A DNA stretch of 29,262 nt from positions 1 through 29,262 of the forward strand of contig JBDHHQ010000055.1 of assembly GCA_039589315.1 (NCBI GenBank), given 5' to 3'. This DNA is from Gemmatimonadota bacterium. GTDB lineage: Bacteria > Gemmatimonadota > Gemmatimonadetes > Longimicrobiales > Gaopeijiaceae. Both the position numbers and the translations under genes were made by a program. Position 1 is the first letter of the stretch; every line of letters begins with the position of its first letter. Under the pieces are notes generated by a model. That model was not told where the DNA came from. It ran no database searches and saw nothing but the letters and a program-made list of their open reading frames with translations. Shown piece after piece: positions 19,249 to 27,734 of this stretch.

Positions 19249-20228
19249 GGCTCCTCACTCGTTTCGATCCTGGCGCCGCGTCCGCCGAACATCATCTTGC
19301 GCTGCTGGTACAGCACTCGCTCCTGGTTGACGCGAAGTCGATCCAGCATGTCGGCCAGCAACGCGAAGCCCAGGATCAAGATCCCCACCACGACCAGCGC
19401 CGTGCCGGTGAAGCCCACGAACTTGTACGGCGAGAAGCCCCCGCTCCTGAGCCAGAACGCGACGAGCCACAGGTCCATGATCACTCCCACGAGGATCACG
19501 CTCCCGGCCATTGCCCCGAAGAACCGGAGCGGCTTGAAATCGCGAGCGGTGCGGAGGATGATCTTCAGCGCGTTCACCCCGTACCCGACCAGGCTTCGGG
19601 CGACCCGCGACCGACGCTCCTTGGGGTATCGCACCGTGATGGGCACTTCGGACACCCGCAGGCCCTTGTGCACCAGATCCAACAGGGATTCCTGCGTGTA
19701 GGTGTGCCGACCGAAGAGATTCAAGTTGAGCAGGGCCTCTCGGGAATACGAACGGAAGCCGCACGACACGTCGTGGAGGCGCTCCTCGAGAAGCGCATTC
19801 AGGAGGCGAGAGAAGAACAGGTTTCCCCAGTACCGAAGACGTGGCATGCCGGCGGGCCGGCGGCCGTCGTGGAATCGGTTGCCGGTGACGGCGTCCGCGT
19901 TCCCCCCCAGAATGGGACCCACCAGCAAAGGGACTTCATCCGCGTCGAACTGGCCGTCCGCGTCGATAGTGACGAGGACGTCCGCGTCCAGGTGCAGCGC
20001 CTCGGCAACCGCCGTGTTGAACGCCTGACCCAGCCCGAGATTGCGGCGGTGACGTACCACCCGCGCGCCGCCGGCCTCCGCCACCTCGGCAGTCCGATCG
20101 GCGCTCCCGTCGTCCACTACCAGGCACTCGACCGCCGAGGCACCCTCGAGGCTGCGGGGAAGCGCGCCGAGCACTTCCCCGATGGTAGCCTCCTCGTCGA
20201 GGGCGGGGATCGAGATGAGGACCTTCAT
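19245..20228 (-). CDS. GT2 polyprenyl-phosphate glycosyltransferase (DPM1/GtrB-like) with two C-terminal TM helices
   Basis: IPALDEE, VDDGSADRT, DADGQF (DXD), DVSCGFR and two C-terminal hydrophobic helices. Confidence 0.9.
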   Translation of the reverse strand: MKVLISIPALDEEATIGEVLGALPRSLEGASAVECLVVDDGSADRTAEVAEAGGARVVRHRRNLGLGQAFNTAVAEALHLDADVLVTIDADGQFDADEVPLLVGPILGGNADAVTGNRFHDGRRPAGMPRLRYWGNLFFSRLLNALLEERLHDVSCGFRSYSREALLNLNLFGRHTYTQESLLDLVHKGLRVSEVPITVRYPKERRSRVARSLVGYGVNALKIILRTARDFKPLRFFGAMAGSVILVGVIMDLWLVAFWLRSGGFSPYKFVGFTGTALVVVGILILGFALLADMLDRLRVNQERVLYQQRKMMFGGRGARIETSEEP

Positions 20229-20446
20229 GGGCGTGGTGTTCGGCTCGGCCTCTCAGAGGGTCGGAAGACGCGGGCCCAATATAGGGTCCCCGCCAGGGCG
20301 CGGCATCACGGTTACTGTTGCGACCTCTGACAGGGCAAGGCCTGATTCGCTGGCATGTCACGGTCCACATCACTCATGCCTGAGCTTCTGACCTCCTCCA
20401 ATTCGACGATCGGTGCCGGGAGCCGGTTACCACGTGTGCAACCTTT

Positions 20447-20471
20447 TCGGTGTAGAAGATGTCTACATCGA
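20447..20471. promoter_or_regulatory. Inverted repeat, candidate PadR operator
   Basis: TCGGTGTAGA-AGATG-TCTACATCGA (9/10 arm match, relatively AT-rich), 30 nt upstream of the padR ATG. Confidence 0.65.
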
Positions 20472-20501
20472 TATCAGGGGGTTCTTCGAGAGGAGCAAGG
20501 G

Positions 20502-20834
20502 ATGGGTCGCGCACCGATGGGAGAGGTGGAGCAGTGGGTGCTCCTGGCCGTACTGAGGTTGGGTGAAGAGGCGTTCGCACTGAACGTCCTTCAGGAGCTC
20601 GACAGGGAAGCCGGGCACGTGGTCTCGCGGGGCTCCCTTTACAAGACCCTGGAACGGCTTGCGGCCAAGGGATTCGCGGCCTGGGAGATCGAGGAAGGGT
20701 CGCCGGCACGCGGCGGGCACCCACGCCGGCGCTTTCGCGTAACGCCGGTGGGCGTCGACGCGCTTCGCGAGGGTCGTGCCCGGCTCATGAACCTCTGGGA
20801 CGGAGTGGAAGCCGTATTGGAGGGGGAAGGATGA
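20502..20834 (+). CDS. PadR family transcriptional regulator
   Basis: GAGGAG upstream of ATG 20502. GEVEQWVLLAVLRL, GSLYKTLERL, RGGHPRRRFRVTPVG. ATGA overlap with the permease. Confidence 0.93.
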   Translation: MGRAPMGEVEQWVLLAVLRLGEEAFALNVLQELDREAGHVVSRGSLYKTLERLAAKGFAAWEIEEGSPARGGHPRRRFRVTPVGVDALREGRARLMNLWDGVEAVLEGEG

Positions 20835-23518
20835 CCGGGTCGGACGAAGGACGCCGTCCTCCCAGGCTGGCAGAGTACGTCCTGCGTCTCCTGGTGGGGT
20901 CCGATGCCGAGGGAAGGAGCATCCTCGGCGACGCCCGGGAAGAGCTGGATGTCCGGGGCCGTACGTCTCGGCTGGGAGCGACGATCTGGTATTGGGCGTA
21001 TGTGTTCAAATTCGCCGTGAGCTATCGAACCGGTGGCAAGGTTCGGCACCCGGATCCGGAGGAGGGTCGACGGCGGGCCAGCGCCGTGACCGGTCTGGTT
21101 TGGGACGCGAAGAGCTCGACGCGCTCACTGCTCCGTCGGCCTTGGCTGTCCATCGCCGTCATCACCACGCTGGCGGTGGGCATCGGGACCACGACGCTGG
21201 CCTTCGCGTTGGTCGACGGCGTCCTCCTGCGACCGCTCCCATTTCCCGCGCCGGAAGAGCTGGTCGACGTATCACGAGTGGATCCGGCGTGGTACGGTCC
21301 CAACCCGACCGCGGCCCAGGCGGGCAACGTCTTCGCCACGCCCGCAGCGACGTTCTTCGATTGGGAACGGTCCGCTGCGACCTTCTCGAGCCTCGGTGCC
21401 TACGCCTGGAGGTCCGGCACCTTCAGCGGGGACGCCGCTCCCGAACGGATCATCGGTGCAGTCGCGACCGGCGGCGTATTCGAGGCGCTCGCCGTCCCGG
21501 CCGCGCTTGGACGGCACCTCACGGCATCTGACGAAGCTCCCGGCGCCACTCCGGTCGTGGTGCTCAGTCACGGTCTCTGGGTGCGCCGTTTTGGGTCTGA
21601 TGCCACCATCGTCGGGAGAGTCGTCCGCATGGACGGTGTCGCCACCACAGTGGTCGGTGTCATGCCGAAGGGCTTCGCGTTCCCCGATGAGACGACCCAC
21701 TTCTGGCTGGCGTTCGACGACGAACGTCGAAGCGACTCCACACGGAACGCGGGGTATCTGCACGCCATCGGCCGATTGGCTCCGGGAAGTTCATTGGCTC
21801 AGGCCCGCGCCGAGATGACTGCCATCCAGACGCGGCTCGGTGAGCGTCACGCGTCCGAGGCGAAGTTCATCTCGGTGGCCTTCTCCCGGCACGAGCTGAT
21901 GGTGGCTGCCACCCGGCCCGGTCTACTCATCCTGCTGGGCGCCGCCGCCGTCGTGCTGCTCGTCGGGTGCGCGAACGTGGCCAACCTGCTTCTGGCCCGA
22001 GTCGCCGAGCGGAGGCGTGAGCTCGCCCTGCACGCGGCATTGGGAGCGAGTCGAAGCCGGCTCGCGGGACTCCTGCTCAGCGAAAGCACAGTGTTGGCGG
22101 TGCTGGGCGGAGTGGGCGGGATCACGCTGGCGTGGGTGGCACTCCGGCCGTTCGTGGCGGCCTTCCCCATGACGCTACCGCGATCGGCCGAGATCCAGAT
22201 GGATCTTCGAGTCCTGGTCGTTTCTCTGCTCGTTTCGGTGGCCGCCGGGCTGCTCCTGGGCCTGCTGCCCGTCGCGCGATCCAGTCGTATGGACCTGAAC
22301 GTGGTCCTGCGAGAAGGGGGACATGGATCCACCGGCGGGCGCCGGACCTCTCGCACGCACGCGCTGCTCGTGGTATCCGAGGTCGCTCTCTCGGTCCTGC
22401 TGCTCTCCACGTCGGGGATCTTCGTGCAGAGCTACCTGAACTCAGCCCGACAGGAGCGTGGCTTTCGCGGGGAGAACGTGCTGGCGTTGCGGGTCAGCGT
22501 TCCCGACACGCGGGCCGGCTCGGAGGAGGAGCTACGGTCCTTCTACTCAGAGCTGCAGGGCTACATGGACGCCATCCCCGGTGTCACGGCCTCGGCGCTG
22601 GCCCAACAGATGCCCTACTCAGGATGCTGTTCGAGTCCGCCAGCTTCCATGGATACCGAGGACGGTGTGCAAGAGGCGTCCGTCCACACCTCGTCGGTGA
22701 CGCCGGAATACTTCCAGGCGATGGGCGTTCCCATCCTGGCGGGGCGTGCCCTTCTGCCCAGCGACCGGGAGGGGAGCCCACCGGTCGTCGTGGTCAGCGA
22801 AGCCATGGCGAGGCGGTACTGGCCGGACGCGGATCCCATCGGGAAGCGCGTTCGCCTGGAGTCCACGGACGAGCCGCAGTGGCACGAGGTCGTAGGCATC
22901 GCGGGGAACGTTCGATACCAGTTCGCGGGACCCGAGTTCGTCGAATACTACCGGGCCTTCGCGCAGCACCCGTACGGATCACAGGCCGTGATCCTGAAGA
23001 CGCGGTCCGGGGCGGTCGGCGTGGCCGCGGCGGCCGAGCGCGCCGTGCACGCTCTCGAGCCCACGATCCCCGTGACGGCGCGCTCCCTGACGGAGCTCGC
23101 CGCGGCGGACCGAGAGTACCGAACAGCACGGATCGGCTCGCTGATCCTCACGCTGCTCGCAGCGGTAGCGACGGGCCTCGCCGTGCTCGGTGTGTACAGC
23201 GTTCTCGCGTTCAGTGTGCTCCAACGCACCCGCGAGATCGGCATCCGCGTGTCGCTCGGGGGCAGCCGACTAGGGATCCTGCGCGCCGTACTGGGTGGGG
23301 GTCTGGTCATGACCGGCGCGGGGGTCGCCATCGGCCTGGGACTCTCGGCCGGCCTGTCCACGATGCTCCGGAGCGGCCTGGTCGGGGTGAGCACCGTGAA
23401 CCCGTGGGTGGTGCTGGCCGTCGTCAGCACGATGTTCGCAACTTCCGTCGCCGCGAGTCTGCTGCCTGCGTGGAGAGCGGTGCGGGTCGACCCGCTGGTG
23501 GCGTTTCGTGAGGATTAG
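20831..23518 (+). CDS. ADOP-type duplicated MacB/FtsX ABC permease
   Basis: TLAVGIG...VLLRPLPF, VVGVMP, CANVANLLLAR...RRRELA, LVVSEVALS, QRTREIGIRVSLG, PAWRAVRVDPLVAFR. 895 aa, no cognate ATPase adjacent. Confidence 0.95.
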   Translation: MTGSDEGRRPPRLAEYVLRLLVGSDAEGRSILGDAREELDVRGRTSRLGATIWYWAYVFKFAVSYRTGGKVRHPDPEEGRRRASAVTGLVWDAKSSTRSLLRRPWLSIAVITTLAVGIGTTTLAFALVDGVLLRPLPFPAPEELVDVSRVDPAWYGPNPTAAQAGNVFATPAATFFDWERSAATFSSLGAYAWRSGTFSGDAAPERIIGAVATGGVFEALAVPAALGRHLTASDEAPGATPVVVLSHGLWVRRFGSDATIVGRVVRMDGVATTVVGVMPKGFAFPDETTHFWLAFDDERRSDSTRNAGYLHAIGRLAPGSSLAQARAEMTAIQTRLGERHASEAKFISVAFSRHELMVAATRPGLLILLGAAAVVLLVGCANVANLLLARVAERRRELALHAALGASRSRLAGLLLSESTVLAVLGGVGGITLAWVALRPFVAAFPMTLPRSAEIQMDLRVLVVSLLVSVAAGLLLGLLPVARSSRMDLNVVLREGGHGSTGGRRTSRTHALLVVSEVALSVLLLSTSGIFVQSYLNSARQERGFRGENVLALRVSVPDTRAGSEEELRSFYSELQGYMDAIPGVTASALAQQMPYSGCCSSPPASMDTEDGVQEASVHTSSVTPEYFQAMGVPILAGRALLPSDREGSPPVVVVSEAMARRYWPDADPIGKRVRLESTDEPQWHEVVGIAGNVRYQFAGPEFVEYYRAFAQHPYGSQAVILKTRSGAVGVAAAAERAVHALEPTIPVTARSLTELAAADREYRTARIGSLILTLLAAVATGLAVLGVYSVLAFSVLQRTREIGIRVSLGGSRLGILRAVLGGGLVMTGAGVAIGLGLSAGLSTMLRSGLVGVSTVNPWVVLAVVSTMFATSVAASLLPAWRAVRVDPLVAFRED

Positions 23519-23547
23519 AGCCGGGGAGCATCCACGCGCCCCGGCTC
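23518..23547. terminator. GC hairpin between convergent genes
   Basis: GAGCCGGGG (23518-23526) pairs with CCCCGGCTC (23539-23547). There is no U-tract, so terminator function is uncertain. Confidence 0.35.
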
Positions 23548-23610
23548 AGCCCAGCCCTGCCTTGACCAGTGCTCCGGGTTCGATCCCGCGGATCCAGCGC
23601 CCCATCTCCT

Positions 23611-24165
23611 TCATGTGCCCGGGGACGTTCCGAACTTCTGCCGCAAGAAAGCGTGCACGGCGCGCAACATCCCACGGGCCAACGGACCCAGCGAGATCTC
23701 GGTCTCGGGCCCCTCGCCTGGGTCGAGGCTCCGCACGAAGGCAATGATCGATCCTAGATCATCATCCGTGAGGGAGTAGAACATGTCCGAGGGCATCACC
23801 AACATGCCTCGCCCGTTCTTACGCACCCCACCTCGGATCGCTCGCTCCAGCTCCGAATCGGTGTACTCCCGTGCCACGCGGGTCAGATCAGGCACGACGA
23901 TCCTGCCGACTAGGGGCTCGTCGAAGAACACGCCCCCCTCGAGCGCACCACCATGACATCCAAGGCACCCCCGCAGGCGCGCCAGCCTCTCTCCCGCAGC
24001 GACCGAGGCCGAATCCGTCGGAGCGGTGAAGGCCTGTAGGGGCACGTCTGGGTAGGCCCGCCTGAGCGTGCGCTCCGTGAGGAGGTACAAGCCGGCGATG
24101 GCCAGAACCAGGAGGATCAGGACCCCTGCGGTGCCTCGGATCAACCACTTCTTGACGCGATCCAC
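23611..24165 (-). CDS. Membrane-anchored c-type cytochrome; one haem site, possibly an in-frame-deleted di-haem protein
   Basis: N-terminal TM helix, GERLA...CLGCHG (CxxCH), PDLT, candidate Met ligand in VMPS, LTDDDLGSIIAFVRSL. Confidence 0.85.
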   Translation of the reverse strand: MDRVKKWLIRGTAGVLILLVLAIAGLYLLTERTLRRAYPDVPLQAFTAPTDSASVAAGERLARLRGCLGCHGGALEGGVFFDEPLVGRIVVPDLTRVAREYTDSELERAIRGGVRKNGRGMLVMPSDMFYSLTDDDLGSIIAFVRSLDPGEGPETEISLGPLARGMLRAVHAFLRQKFGTSPGT

Positions 24166-24347
24166 GGCTGCCCCTTCGTCTTGGGGGGATCGGGCTGGAG
24201 CGCGCGACCTCCAAGCTATGCGGAAGACCCCCGTACCCGTAAGAGCGGCGGCCTCACCCCCGCATCACCGGGACCAGGAGCGTCCGCCCGACCGACACCA
24301 CCTGTCGCTCTGCGGGCCAGGGGATGGAGAACGATCGCCCCCGTCGT

Positions 24348-26408
24348 TCAGTCGCGGGTCTCCTCGGCTCTCGCGACCAGGCGCTCGCTCGGGTAGGTGA
24401 GTGGGATCATGCGTCCGCGGGCGCGTGTGAAGATGGCCACCTCGTCCCGCTTGGCGCTGTAGACGACGTGGTGGTTCTTCACCCCTCCGAGGTTGAGCCA
24501 CACCGTCTTCCCGTCCGATTGGGGATTGTGCGAGACGATCAGCGGCGCGGACCCGGGAAGGTCCAACGCGTTGCGGAACGCCTTCACCTCGCGCTTGGTG
24601 TAGCCAGCGGGATTCGAGGGCCGCCGAAGGCGGTTCCAGGTGAGCTCGTGGCGGAGTCTGCGCCGTTCCCGGATCTCGATGATCCGCTTCCGCGACACTT
24701 TTCCCAGAGGAGGGCCCGCGTGGCAGGCGACGAAGTCCTCCGACATCACGACATAGGGGAGAAGCTCGTAGAACCTGACCATCTCCTGGACGTAGGTGGC
24801 CCCCCTGAGCTCCTCCAGCCGTTGCCGCCACGCCTGCCCCTGGGCCACCCCGCCCTTCGTGACCTCGTGCGAAAAGCTGTCGTGATTCCCTCGCACGTAG
24901 ATGAAGCGGTCCGGGAACGCGAGCATCAAGCTGTGCACCACGTCCATCATCAGCACCGAGTCATCCATGGCCGCCAGATCGGGACCCTCGTCCAGGTGCA
25001 CGGCATCTCCCAGCAGCACCACGGCAGCCGTGCCCTCTTCCACGTGGTCGAGGTGGCGGCTGGAGGTCAGGACCGTGAGCAAGTTGTCCAGGTTGGTGTG
25101 GAGGTCTCCCACGATCAACGGCGTGATCTCGTGCGGAAGCTCGACCAAGCCCCCGGGCAAGCCGCTGGCGTCCTCGCTTCGGAACGGTGCCTTCTCCAGC
25201 GCGAGGTTCGCGCGCCGGATCGATTCCAGCGCTCTGTCGGGCTCCCAGATGTGGAAGGGGCCTCCGAAGATCTCTAGCATGCGCCGGAAGCTGGTCTCTC
25301 GATCCCGGACGAGCTGCCGGGCGTCCGCCGGATCGGTCAGGGTCCTGACGGTCGTGCCAGTCGGGGAGTGGAGGTCGACCACGCTCAGATGCGTCCGCTC
25401 GTTGACGATTTCCAGCCTGGGGAGGATCTCGTCGGGCAGGCGCGACGTGACGATACGGTCCTCTTTGCCCTTGCCAATGCGAGTCCGTCCACCCTCTCGC
25501 AATCGGAGGAAGCCCGATGGATGTCCGTACTGATCAGGGTCGACGAGGATCACGCTCGTGGCACGCACGCGGGTCGGCGGAACCAGGAAGGGCTCCGGAA
25601 AGACACGGATGCGCTGTGGGCCCACCGTGATTTCGATGGGGAGATGCTCCTCCCTGACCACGGTCCCCGTGCCCGAGAGACGAACTTCGTCCACGCTCCC
25701 CTGCAAGAGCTCGGCGTAGGGAGATCCATTGGGCGTTGGCCCGATCCGGCTCTCCAGGGCTTGCTCGACACGGCGTCTCCAGTCCCTTCGGGGCGTCGCC
25801 GACGAGGTCGCCTCGTCGACGAAGGCCTTCGGGATTCCTCCGAACTCGTCCCGGACATACACCTTGAAGCCGTTGCGGCGAAGATGGAGAGCCACCGCCC
25901 GGTAGTCGTCAAGCTGCTCTCGGATCCGGTCCAGTGACAGCTCGGTGTCGACGTGGTGGCTCTGACGGTAAGCGCGGGCCTGGCGAGCCTCGTACACGGC
26001 CGCGGCGGGCGGAAGCAGGAACTCGAAGACGTACTTCTTTCTCGGGTTGCCGATCGGAAGGTGTCGGCTGGGCAGACGGATTCGGTCGAGCTCGAGCTCC
26101 AGGGGGCCCTCGGCCTCGAGCCACTCCTCCTCGAAGAGGGCGAGTGCCTGGCCGTGTCCGCGAAAGGGGAAGCCGAGATGGACCTCTCGAGGACGAAAGG
26201 TCAGCGTCCTCGAGCGCCACCACCGGCGCGTCAGGTCCAGGTATCCCTCTTCCGGCCAGCCCCCGATCTGGCGTATTTCGGTCGTCTTCCCGGATCCTGG
26301 CGGACCCGTGATGATCAGCTGGCGGAACGCAACGTTCTGGGGAAACAGGATTCCCTTTTCCGATCGAAGCTCCTTCACGTCCCGGAGTCGGCTCTCCGAC
26401 GCTGCCAT
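24348..26408 (-). CDS. Fusion of P-loop kinase-like domain, beta-rich FHA-like domain and calcineurin-like metallophosphoesterase
   Basis: GPPGSGKT (aa 35-42); RIGK...VVDLHSPTGTTV (aa ~310-354); GDLH, GDAVH, RGNHD, CHAG and SHNP (aa ~434 onward). Confidence 0.88.
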   Translation of the reverse strand: MAASESRLRDVKELRSEKGILFPQNVAFRQLIITGPPGSGKTTEIRQIGGWPEEGYLDLTRRWWRSRTLTFRPREVHLGFPFRGHGQALALFEEEWLEAEGPLELELDRIRLPSRHLPIGNPRKKYVFEFLLPPAAAVYEARQARAYRQSHHVDTELSLDRIREQLDDYRAVALHLRRNGFKVYVRDEFGGIPKAFVDEATSSATPRRDWRRRVEQALESRIGPTPNGSPYAELLQGSVDEVRLSGTGTVVREEHLPIEITVGPQRIRVFPEPFLVPPTRVRATSVILVDPDQYGHPSGFLRLREGGRTRIGKGKEDRIVTSRLPDEILPRLEIVNERTHLSVVDLHSPTGTTVRTLTDPADARQLVRDRETSFRRMLEIFGGPFHIWEPDRALESIRRANLALEKAPFRSEDASGLPGGLVELPHEITPLIVGDLHTNLDNLLTVLTSSRHLDHVEEGTAAVVLLGDAVHLDEGPDLAAMDDSVLMMDVVHSLMLAFPDRFIYVRGNHDSFSHEVTKGGVAQGQAWRQRLEELRGATYVQEMVRFYELLPYVVMSEDFVACHAGPPLGKVSRKRIIEIRERRRLRHELTWNRLRRPSNPAGYTKREVKAFRNALDLPGSAPLIVSHNPQSDGKTVWLNLGGVKNHHVVYSAKRDEVAIFTRARGRMIPLTYPSERLVARAEETRD

Positions 26409-26462
26409 CAGTCAGCTGTATGCATCGGCGTTGGTCGATGACGGAGTTCCCGCCCCGCCCCC

Positions 26463-27710
26463 CTACAGGAAGACCCCCCGGAAGAAGAAGAAGAAGAAAG
26501 CGGCCAGCGCCGCTCCGATGGGCAGCGTGACGAGCCACGAAGTGACGATGCTGAGGACCACCCTCAGGTCGATCGCCGCGATTCCGCGAGCGAACCCCAC
26601 CCCCAACACCGCCCCGACGATGATGTGCGTGGTGGACACGGGCAGGCCGAGGCGAGACGCGATGACGACGGTGCTGGCGGCCGCGAGCTCGGCACAGAAG
26701 CCACGACTCGGCGTCAGCTCGGTGATCTTCGTCCCGATGGTTCGCATCACTCGGTAGCCCATCGTGGCGAGCCCCAGGACGATGCCGACCCCTCCGAGGG
26801 CCAGAATCCACAGCGGAAGGGCCGATTCCTGCTGAACAAGCCCGGTCTGGACCGTTGAAACTACGGCAGCCAGCGGTCCGATCCCGTTCGCGACGTCGTT
26901 GGAGCCGTGGGCAAACGCCATTCCGGTGGCGGTGAACACGCAAAGGGGAGCGAATACCTTCTCGACGGCCGCGTAGTGGAAGTCGCGCGTCGCCTCCGGA
27001 TCGACCTCGACACGCATAATGAGGGCCTTCCCGATGAAAGCCACGATCACGCCCACGAGCAGCGCGATGCCGAACGTCTGGATCGTGGTGAGCTCCAGGT
27101 TCAGGTGCGTCAAGCCCTTGAAGAAGGTCACGAGCGCGATCAACACCCCCATGAGGAATACGTACATGGGGCCCCAGCGTTGAGCATTCGCAAAGGGATT
27201 GTCCGTGTCGAGCACCAACACCCGGATGCTCTGCGCGAGGATGAAGGCCAGGGTCGCGCCGAGAATGGGTGAGACGACCCAACTCGCGACGATTCCACCC
27301 ACCGCCATCCACTCGACGGCGTCGACACCGACCCCCACGACACCGAATCCGATGATCGATCCGACGATGGTATGCGTAGTGGAAACGGGCCATCCGAAGT
27401 AGCTGGCCACCATGAGCCACACGCCCGCGGCCAGAAGGGCGGAAAGCATGCCGTACACGAGTACTTCCGGGGAGTCAATCAGGCTGGCGTCCAGGATCCC
27501 TTTCCGGATCGTTCCCGTAACGTGACCACCTGCCAGGAAGGCGCCTGCGAACTCGAAGATGGCGGCGATGATGATCGCCTTTTTGACGGTTATCGCGCCG
27601 GACCCCACTGAGGTTCCCATGGCGTTGGCGACGTCGTTGGCACCTACTCCCCACGTCATGTAGAGGCCGAAGAGGACCGCCAGGGAGAGGTAGATCAGCC
27701 CATATTCCAT
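26463..27710 (-). CDS. pit: PiT family inorganic phosphate transporter
   Basis: Both PiT signatures (GANDVANAMGTSVGS and AHGSNDVANGIGP) and two PVSTTH motifs. Confidence 0.96.
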   Translation of the reverse strand: MEYGLIYLSLAVLFGLYMTWGVGANDVANAMGTSVGSGAITVKKAIIIAAIFEFAGAFLAGGHVTGTIRKGILDASLIDSPEVLVYGMLSALLAAGVWLMVASYFGWPVSTTHTIVGSIIGFGVVGVGVDAVEWMAVGGIVASWVVSPILGATLAFILAQSIRVLVLDTDNPFANAQRWGPMYVFLMGVLIALVTFFKGLTHLNLELTTIQTFGIALLVGVIVAFIGKALIMRVEVDPEATRDFHYAAVEKVFAPLCVFTATGMAFAHGSNDVANGIGPLAAVVSTVQTGLVQQESALPLWILALGGVGIVLGLATMGYRVMRTIGTKITELTPSRGFCAELAAASTVVIASRLGLPVSTTHIIVGAVLGVGFARGIAAIDLRVVLSIVTSWLVTLPIGAALAAFFFFFFRGVFL

Positions 27711-27734
27711 GATACGGAGCTCCGGGGAGTGGGG

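Noticed and set aside
23574..23604. tRNA-like GGTTCGATCCC followed by CCA
   Set aside because: The T-stem does not form 5 bp around a 7 nt loop, the spacing to CCA is wrong, and there is no D or anticodon arm.
24348..26408. Pnkp/Hen1 RNA repair or anti-phage system
   Set aside because: No ligase/adenylyltransferase domain and no Hen1 or defence-type neighbours; the context is phosphate transport.
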